This document shows positions 26,933 through 36,900 of a DNA stretch of 64,000 nt, in pieces. The position numbers and the translations under genes were made by a program. The DNA comes from Lingula anatina. Its lineage: Eukaryota > Animalia > Brachiopoda. A model generated the notes under the pieces. That model was not told the origin of the DNA. It ran no database searches and was given only the letters and a program-made list of their open reading frames with translations. Position 1 is the stretch's first letter, and each line of letters opens with the position of its first letter. The stretch spans positions 24,366,001 to 24,430,000 of the forward strand of contig CM120642.1 in the NCBI GenBank assembly GCA_051362555.1. Direction: 5' to 3'.

Positions 26933-29900
26933 TTCATGTGCAGATGTTCCAATTTTGTAAGCACGAACTTGAGTGTGGATGAATGCACATGCATGCAAGT
27001 GTATAGTTGTCAATATTGAGAGGATTTTAGAGACTTTGTCTGTACCTTTGCTCTTTCAATTAGTTTTGAACAGAACTGCATATATTATAAATTACACACC
27101 AAATTATAGAATGAGACATTTGATGATAAATAATGTACATGTATATATTGAATATATATACTTCTAAAATAAGAATTGTACTTATAGAGAGGTGACATTT
27201 TTGAAGTAGAGTAACAGTGCACAATAAAAATAACAAATTGAAATATAATTCATATGACTTAGAGAATTCTGTTTTTGTTTACATAGGGTGGTGATTTGTT
27301 TGATGCCATATCCTCAGCCACAAAGTACACAGAGCGTGATGCCAGTGGGATGATGTACAACCTAGCTAGTGCCCTCAAGTATCTCCACTCTCTTAATGTG
27401 GTACACAGAGATATTAAGCTGGAAAATCTTCTGGTAAGTGGAGGTTCTCAGACATCTGTATTTCAGCAGCTCGATGTTACTTTTATCTGCAGAATTATTG
27501 ATAGCGGAACCTAGGGTACTATCTTGTAGTAGGTAGTGTGGGTAATGCTTTTTTTTTTTTTGTCTTGTTATAAATTCACAGTGCCTTGTAGTCTGAATGC
27601 CATTTCTATTTTATCATTTCTGCCCTCTCTCTTTCAGGTATTTGAGCATGAAGATGGCAGTAAATCGCTAAAACTTGGAGACTTTGGACTGGCCACATTT
27701 GTGAAGGGAAAGCAGTACACAGTATGCGGAACCCCCACTTATGTAGCCCCAGAGATACTGGCAGAGACTGGGTAGGCCATATAATATTACCTTAAAGTTT
27801 ATAATTGATTTAAAAGCATAATTTGATCCTGTTAATGGTGTGAATTTGGTATAATTTGTTTATTAAAAAAATTTATAGAAAAAGGTAATTTAAAAGCAAA
27901 ACCTTCAGTTACTTTTGCGGTGAAGATATTTTATTTAAAAAGTATGTGGATCAGTCTGAGATGAATTTTAATTTTTCCTTCACAAAACAAGAATAGGTGT
28001 TACAGTTTATGAAATTGTTCAGGAGGTAGCATTTTGCAACTCAGTTGCAGTTTTCAGTGAATGGTGTCATTTCACAAAGAGTAAGCTGTTTAATTCTTAC
28101 ATTTACCATATGTTATATAATCGTTACAGCTATGGCTTGAAGGTTGACATGTGGTCATCCGGAGTTATCACCTATATTCTGCTGTGTGGTTTCCCACCTT
28201 TTGTCAGGTACGTATACCTCTCTTCTTCCTTCTCCTCATCCTCCTTCCACTAAGAAGAAGAAGAAGAAGAAGAATGATGATTATGATAATCTTTAAAACC
28301 ATGTTACATTTGCCTGAGTATTAATTGTACATAAGATTTCCTAAATTTAAAGAAGTTCAAGACAATGTTTCTTGTTTGTATCAGCTGTCTAAAAATAATC
28401 TATACTCACAGACAGAATTTATCCACTGGAATGATGTCATCGCATATTATACCAATTATAATTAACTGTCTAGGCTGATGCATGTAACTGATGACTAATG
28501 AACTTTAGTTGGCATTTATACCTCACTTGAGTATTCAGTGTCATGTCATGTTGCACAACTGGTTTTAATTGTCTTTGTTCCTTCCTTTTCTATCTGCCTA
28601 ATGGTATCTTTATAGTGCCGAGGGGATGATAATAATGATAAAGGATGTCACCATAAAAAGGACATCTGCGACATACTCCACATTGCCTTGTTTATACTGC
28701 TAGGCGTAAATGCTGAATGTGTTTTCAGTAATTAAAAAAAATATCTTAGTACACAATAGTATGTAATTTTGTATAGATAAGTTTTAAGTTTATTATACAA
28801 CCCATTGGCTGAAATTTTATGCATGAATAGATAGATAATTATATAAGAACATGAACTATTTATTTTGTATAAATATTTTCTCTTCAGTCAATCCAATGAC
28901 CAGGATGAGTTGTTTGACAAGATAATGGAGGGGACATTTGACTTTCCGTCTCCATACTGGGATGACATATCAGAATCTGCTCAGGACCTGATCGAGGGTC
29001 TGCTACAGGTCGACCCAGGGACACGTATGTCTGCAACACAGATGTTGGAGCACCCGTGGGTTGCTGTGAGTGTTAAGATTACACAAAGAGCATTAGACTT
29101 TTAAATATCAAATATTAAATTTTTCTGAAAATTTCAACACATTTCCTTTTATCACTAAGGTATACCCAATCATATCAAAACTCATTGACAAAATTTGAAT
29201 TATATGCTTAGGTTTTGAGTTCTAAGTTTCCTATTTTACTAGATTTTAATATTCTCAACAGTTTTGGTTGAATTAGAGCATACTTTGGTGATAAATTGAA
29301 AATTGGTGAAAATCCCAGGAAATTGCATATTTTTACTAATTTTAAATAATTTTAAACCTTATATTGTTTTGTGTAATTCATGGGACTTCTTGCCATTTTT
29401 GTAAAGACGTCAAAGTCTTAGAATATAAAATGTTATATTTTTCCCGTTTTTGCTTTAAATATTTGGTTAATTTTATCATATTTTTAACTGAAAGAAGTGT
29501 CCATTTATTTCTGATCTTGCTTCTAATAGACAATTGTAAATCATATTTGGCAGGATGACACGGCGCTGGACAATGACATGCACACCTCGGTTGCCAGGAA
29601 ACTAAGCATGCACTTTGAGAAAAGGCAATCAAAATTCCCAGAGCTTTCTCCAGGAGTCAAACTTGTCGCTGTAAGTACTGAATCCAAGCAAGTTTGTCTG
29701 TGTGAAGGCCAATTTATTTCTTACTATCTGTTATTAACATGCAGTAGCTTCTTTATCAATACTGAATCCTTTAACAAATAACATTTAGAAAAATGCTTAT
29801 CAGGATATTTTTATTTATGTGACAAATGGGACATTTTAATCATCAGATGATTATTTTTTAATAACTTTGTTTGCTTCTGCCATTAAGTATAAATTAATGC

Positions 29901-30158
29901 TTCAGTTTCAAAATAGTATCTAAAGGTTATGACATTTTTTATTAAACTTCTGTAATTAACAGTTACATACTTAGTTTATTTTTTTATTTTGTCCATGTGG
30001 TAAATAGAGTACCATGCAGTTCATATCTTTTTCAGATGACTGCTTTGGACAAAGGCTCTCGGTTCTTTGAGGGGAGGGGTCATTCACCTGTACGCCAGCT
30101 CCAGCCGGTGGTCAAGCAAAACGGATATGACGACTACGATGATGACGAGATCTTTTAA
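10591..30158 (+). CDS. DCLK: Doublecortin-like serine/threonine kinase (two DCX domains, S/P-rich linker, CAMK-group kinase)
   Basis: Exons: 10591-11343, 16578-16674, 21136-21249, 21608-21684, 22349-22385, 23134-23230, 23454-23511, 26565-26684, 27287-27433, 27638-27771, 28130-28207, 28888-29065, 29554-29670, 30036-30158 (TAA); all phases join. DCX motifs [17 protein letters not shown]-like (here [17 protein letters not shown]) and [34 protein letters not shown]. Kinase motifs [39 protein letters not shown]. Confidence 0.95.
14430..14700 (-). mobile_element. Short non-autonomous interspersed repeat remnant
   Basis: Ends in an (AACA/AACC)-rich microsatellite plus aaaacctaacatccgtgacagaggtaa. 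A similar end occurs at about 25495-25545 (caaaccaataacaatgaaagcaaccttctttgatggcagagg). The family assignment is inference. Confidence 0.4.
22900..22985 (+). repeat. About 85-bp direct repeat, copy 1 (copy 2 at 24415-24494)
   Basis: gaattcttgcaaattttgatctccagggaatgaccatgaaattgtccagttcttgtctttaatg versus aaattcttgcaaatttctccagggaatgtccatgatattgtccagttcctgtcttaatg. Confidence 0.8.
24415..24494 (+). repeat. About 80-bp direct repeat, copy 2
   Basis: Aligns by eye to 22900-22985. Confidence 0.8.
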
Positions 30159-32941
30159 GTCTTTTATTAAGACTACTGCAGTCAAGTTATTTTACAACAT
30201 GTCTTAATGAGGAAAAAGTTATTTAATGACTGGTACTTTATTTGTAAGATACAAATGTCTCAGTTCAAATGTAATGTACTAACGTAATGTGACTTAAAGG
30301 ATGAAGGCACCAATTGTTGGTACCTTTATGAATAATGTCACACAAAGTCAAATTTAATTTAGAAAAATTTCGGAATTAAAACAACCCTTGTACATCTATT
30401 TGGACTGATGAATGACTGAACCTTTATCTGGCTTGATGTCTGTTTGATTTACCAACTGTAACTAATATAGCCGGAAGAAACCTCTCTGTAAACTGAAAAG
30501 GTGAAAGTTATTAAACCTGTTGACAAACAAATTCATTGAATTAAAAGCCTTTGAACTGAGAGTTTTGTATCAAACTTCAGTACTATAATATGATATTTTT
30601 ACTCTGATGAGGTACTGAATTTTGAAATGTAAAAAGTTTTATAATGTGGTTGGTCCTCTGTTGAATTTGTAGGGACTGCTCGTGGCTGCATGCCTTGCAG
30701 GCATAAATGATGAATAATGATGTGTAGAATAAAATGATAGCAAAATCATTTGTAGAATGTAGCAGAAGGCAGTGCTTGTTTTAGGTATGTTTATAAAAAA
30801 AGGAAACTGAACCGGTGAATGGAGTTGAGCAGTATTAACTCATGTTGTAAAATGACATGTAAAAATATTTACACACTTCGGATATGATATTTAATTAGAA
30901 GTTGATGTGCACTGCCATACACACAAAGCTACATCTTAGAGTAGTATATATTGTGGCAATATGTTCAAGTGGTCTTAACAAGGCATGCTCTGGGTAAAAT
31001 TTGGATGACCAAGAGTCAGATTTGCAGCCTAGGAAAATCTTATACCTAAGTGTCCATGATAAGTGTCAGCTTTCAATGACAAGTGCTTTTGCAATTAAAA
31101 AAATTGTTGCACTTTACGGGGTATAGGCAAAGCTTAAAGTCTTGCTAATCTCTTTTTATTTTCACCAAGAGGATTGCAGGGTAGAAATCAAACTGACACA
31201 AGTTGATGCACAACTGAGACAGAAGCAGTACAGCTAAACTTACATTTTGCAATGTGTGCTAGATTTCAAAGAGAATCAAAGCTTTTTCTCCATTTAAATG
31301 AAGGCTATGATTAAAGAAAGCTGGGGGCCTCCGCTGAAGAGAGAACACTCTGGCAGTGAGGGTACCTCACTCTTCATCATTGCAACCTTTTGGGGAGCTT
31401 TTTTTCTAATCTTTGAAAAGCTCTTTGCATGTTTTTTGCAACTATTATGACTGCAAAGTAAACACTTACACTTTGATCTTTGAAATCACTCTGGGAAGGT
31501 ATTTTCATCACAATAACTTTAAATACATTATACACAGACATTAGAGTGAGACTTATGAAGATGCTTCCTACTACTTAAACTATGAAGAAATAAGTCAGCC
31601 TTCCTAAGTTTCAGGTACCAGAATGTCCTGCTGTTTCCAAAAAGTTCTACCTCAGTGAAGAAAATTTATCTAATTTTGAGGATCTTCAGAATTGTTTTCC
31701 GTATCAACCAAGAATTGTTTGGCAGTGCCTCTTATGTGCATGTACCTCAAAGTACTCAATGTACCCACCAGGATGTATTTAACAATGACATGACAGTTCT
31801 AAGTTTAAGAATCTTGCATACTCCCAAGTGCAATATGTACATAGCAGGCTTTTGTCAGCCGTGGATGTAATATACCCTTGTTGTATAATTTGTAAAAGTG
31901 GATGTTATTTTGTCTTTAGATTTACAATTGTAAAGCATAGAAGACGATGCTGCTTGAGGTCTACTCTGTGCAAGAAACCAAGGAAAACTTCTCAGCATTT
32001 TATCGAGTCTCAGAAATGGATTGTCTGTCTCTAACAAGTTTTAACTTGTTAAAACAAGAAAAAAATTATATATAAATTCAATATCTGTCTCATTATCTGC
32101 CAGTTTAATTTTGCTTATGTTGTTTTATATAATATATGACCTGTGATCTGTTGTCTTACGTGTCTTTGTTTGTATAATAATCAGCATTGTTTGCCTGCCA
32201 TCAAGACAGTAAAATATTATTTTAGGACCATATAGTCTCAGTGCTGCAACTTTTGTATTTGGGCACCCTTATAGGGGTGTTGGTAATTATAGTCTTTGAA
32301 GACAAAATACACTTGGAAACAAAGCTTTTTACATTGATCCATGTTGTACAGACATGTAAAGCTACAGCAATGTTATGTTTATAATGTGTGACTAGATTTT
32401 AGTCAGTGAGTTTTAGACTTATTATCAGATTTATTTTTTACTGATTTTATATGATATGTTACGCATGTAATGTAAAAGTTAAGCATCTTTGGACCATTTT
32501 AGACTTCTTCACGAGGATTTATTGATATTGTGCCTATGGTTTTTGTAGGTTTGTCTCGTATTAACTTGAATAGGTTTATTGCCTTACTGTGAAATTGTGT
32601 ATTTGTTTTAAAAACCCTCAAATTCAGTTCCATGACATTTTGAAAAATATTTATACATTAGATATATTACAGTTTTATCTGTTCAAATTGCACAGGAGCA
32701 CTGAAATGTTTGAACCAGTATATTTGTATTTACCGAAAGGATAATGCAGGCAGGATGAGAGTTCAGATATGCCTTATCAAGGATACCAATTTATTTCCCA
32801 TGTGCAAGACTGAAAATTCTGTAAATTTAGAATCGAAGTTTGCTATTTATTATAGAAATTCCAGTAGCTTCTCTTATTGTGGCCAGTTACATATTACACG
32901 CACAAGTGTTGTTATTGCACTTTGCTTCTGTGACTGAAAGT

Positions 32942-32947
32942 AATAAA
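32942..32947 (+). terminator. Candidate distal poly(A) signal of DCLK (3' UTR about 2.8 kb)
   Basis: AATAAA followed by a GT-rich element, gtgttgtttgtatgtatttt. Confidence 0.5.
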
Positions 32948-33923
32948 ATATAAGTGTTGTTTGTATGTATTTTATTCTACAAGTGATCAGACTAGCACTT
33001 TTTTGTGCATTTAAAGTTCTACAATATATTTGTTAGTTCCAATCCAAATTACAACTATTATACAAGCGCTCAACTAATCTCATTTGTTAGTATAAGGGAA
33101 TTTCTAAATCTAAGTAAATCGAGCCACACTTTGGTCCAAAAACTCTAGACAATTCATTGAGTGTAAATGGGAGGTTCATGGAATGTTTAAAAACTGCCAA
33201 ATACTGATATACCCTATTGTAATACAGTATCACCATCAAGTCTTTTCTTGCTTTTTTGTAGTCACCAAAAGCACTACTTATGGCACATTTAGTGTTCTTA
33301 AATCTAGTCAAATTGATTGGAATTGGAATGGCTACTATCCTTGATCAAATATTGCTGCACATTTATTCCAAGCTGACAGAGACCAACAACTTGGGTCTTG
33401 GAAGTAATGAGCAGTTTACAATGTCCCTGCTTCTACAAACAGAAAGAAACAAAATCTAAAATAAACCAACCAACTAATATTTAGTTACAAGCCACCACTA
33501 GCAGAAAGCAAGTGTTATCAAAAGCAAAAAAGAAAAATTATTTTCAAGCTCAGTATAAAATAACAAAATTGTAAAAAGCAAACATATTCAGTAAAAAATC
33601 TAAATAATGCAGTTACCCCCTAGAAGTTACAACACTGAGTCAAGTGCAAACCATACAAATATAAAGTGCACAGAAAATATCAGCTAATAACATCACTCTT
33701 CATGTCCAATATGAAACATCACCTGTTGCCAGGATATACCCATTATCATATTCTCACACTTAAAACTGTACCCCACCCATCTTCAAATAGCATTCTTTGG
33801 TAATGTTACAGACACTTAAACGTTGTGCAATGCTCCAGCTTGAGATTCGATGAATATTTTTAAAAATTTCATTGCCCCCTCCTGCATATTTCAGCCATCT
33901 CCACTCCCACACAAAGTAACCGA

Positions 33924-36900
33924 CTATTCCACAGTCTGCTCGGTGCGGCACTTTTTGTCCACCTTTTTGAGGCCCAACCAGGTGTTGAGTTTGTTAGCGC
34001 GTAGACGGGACCAGATTAAGTGGTCGTGAAGGGACATAATCTGCGCAGCCATCAAACCTGCAGCCTCAGGAGATATCACTGTTGAACAGCCAAGACCTGA
34101 AATGGAAAATTTAAAGAAGAAAGTTACTATCACAAATATTATTTGGCAAAGCATTTTTCCAAAAATGAATAAATGGTACATTTCGCACTATGACCTATTA
34201 AGAACAGAGTACAAGGGGTAAAGGAAGGACGCTTCTCTGTATATGTTTCAAATCCTATCGCAGAAAATTTAAAACAAGAATTTCTTAATTGCAAAAATCT
34301 CTCTAGACTTTCTTTACACATCAAAAGGAGGAAAAGGAGGAAACCCTAAAGGGAAAAATATTCCCCCTACCCCCCCCCAAACTTAAGTATTTAACTTTAT
34401 AGATACAGAATATAATCAATCAGAAAATCAAATAAAGCTCACAAATATAGAAGTAATACAGATAAAGTATAAATAAATATTACTCTAATGTCAATTTCAA
34501 CTTTAAGGGAATAATGTTCCTTGTAAAAGTATAACTTACCAGAAGGCAGCCTCAAAGATGACCAAACATCTTCATTCCCCCAGTCTGCCTTAATGGGTGG
34601 GCAGTTGATGACCGGCCAGCTGGCATTGCCAGACAAGACTGGACCAAGACCATTGCTTCTGCCAGCCACTGCTATAAACACAGTGGGGATATTTTCACCT
34701 GAAATGTGACATTTGTGAAGTGTAATTTATGTACTTTAAAATTAGAGACGTAGCCCATTTACTCCTAATTGACTAAGTATGGACATTTTCATCTTTCATT
34801 CCACAATAAGCAGTACTAAAATAGGTTATTGAATGTTTTTTCCACAGGACCAAAAATTACGATCAAAATTATAATATTCTGACACATTAAACCAAAATAT
34901 TTTTTAAGATTTTTCACTTTGAAAAATCAACTAGACATGCATAATTGATGAAGTCAAATCAAGGAAATGAAACAAAGTTGTTACATTTCATTACAACTAA
35001 TTTCTATACTTAAGTCAAACAAATTTGCACAATGACCCCAAACTAAATTTAACCAAACTACATTACCTTCATATTGAGCCAAAATGTTCAAGGTCTCATC
35101 TGTCCCTTTGTGAGCAGAGGACACCCTCATCTCACATGGGAGACCATATTTTTGACAAGTTTCAGCTATCTTCTGACTAAAGGCAAAATCCGAGGGAGAA
35201 CCCATAAAGACCACTGCTCTGCAGTTTGGCTTTGGGGTCAAATGCTAAAAATATTAAAGCAAATGTCAAAACTGAGTGATTTTACTAAAAAGACATATCT
35301 CTGTACAATACTCCAAAGGATGGGATGATTGTTCAATCTGCCTTATGAAAAATCCTGAATCAAATATGCTATTGAAATGAGTTCAATTTATATATCAAAT
35401 CATTTCTACTGTATTTTGTTTGGGTATCTGTATGAAAGATAATTTCTTTCAAATAACAAGTCACTGTAAAAGACACTGATATAATATGACTGTCCAATAT
35501 AAAATTTATTAAGTATCAAGTTGAACTCAAATGCTTAATATCATGGTGAATTCAAATCGTGTTAATGAACATTGTTTTTAGAAGTTCAAATTAACAGATT
35601 AATTTGAACTTAACCCAAGAATTCCACCTACGTCCAATCTTTCTGCCACCCACTCAAAGTTTCTCTTCACTAATGCCAGTCCCTCCTCTGTGACCTCTGC
35701 CATGTCTCTGTACACCTGCTTGTCCTTCATCAGGCGTTTGTCACCAGAGGGCCACAGCCGCCAGGAGTCGCTGTCAATTATGTCAGCCAAGACAATCTCA
35801 CCTGATTTACAGGATTGAAAATAAAGTGTATGACAAATGCTAGTTTAATTTGAAGAAAATGATTTGGCTAATATTCTTCAAAAAATGTCTTGTTTATTAT
35901 ACAAGTACATAATGATTTATTATTCTGAAAAGTGAGTCGACTTCATATCAGGAGCCTGTATGCAAGCAACAAAATATATATTGTGTGGGTACCTAACAAA
36001 TTTGTATACATTTCAACAATGCTTTCTACACAGGTCAAAATTTTATCCTGGCTATGACTGTGAATTCATACCCTTGTTATTGACCCCAAACTCTATCTTC
36101 ATATCAATCAGGCTGCAATCCAGTGTTGCCCAGGCTTTCTCCAAGATCTCAAACACACAAACGGTCACCTTGGACATCATGTCCACCTCGTCTGGACCTA
36201 TGAGGAGGCCACCATGGGTCATCTTGCTCTCGAGGATCTGTTCCCTTGACCACTGTGGGTCTCCAGCAGCATCGTCCTAGAAAATAGGCTCGACCTTTAA
36301 ATCTTTGGGAACTATGATAATTAAGTAAAACAACATATGGTAGAACTCCAGATAGAAGCATATTAATTATTATCTGAATGACCTTTATGGTTCAAATTAC
36401 GACTATATCAAATGCATGCCCTATTTTTATTATTTTTTAGCAAATTAAAAACCAGGATATTTTACATAATGTATATATACATATTTCAGAAAAAGAGGTG
36501 AGAGATATCTTATCGAGGACAGTGTATTTTTGTAAATGTTTGAAAATAGATGCTTTTTTAGTTTGTTTCCAAACTAATTTTTTTTAATTTCAAAAATGAA
36601 TAAATAAATAAAAATTTTAAAAAAATGTTTAAAAACCATGCATACTTTATAAAACATTTCAAGTTTAGGAGGACAGAACCTATAGCCCTCAGTGACTCCG
36701 GGGTTACGTTTGAGGAAGGACCCCGTGGCGACTCTCCTGGTGACCCACTCTATAGGGATCATGTCACATGCTTCGGCAATAAAAGCTGTATCACTGTGTT
36801 GCTTGATGAAGTGGGACTTAACACCTGAAAAAAACATTTAACTTTTAATAAGGGAGATATTATAATATAATATATATATATATATATATATATTGTAAAA

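Noticed and set aside
28616-28703. Possible alternative terminal exon after DCLK exon 11 (SAEGMII...CLYC*)
   Set aside because: Only an acceptor-like site and a short open frame. It would truncate the kinase C-lobe and shows no homology signal.
30604-30636. CTGATGA...GAAA in the DCLK 3' UTR
   Set aside because: No convincing helix II or helix I pairing, so probably a chance match.
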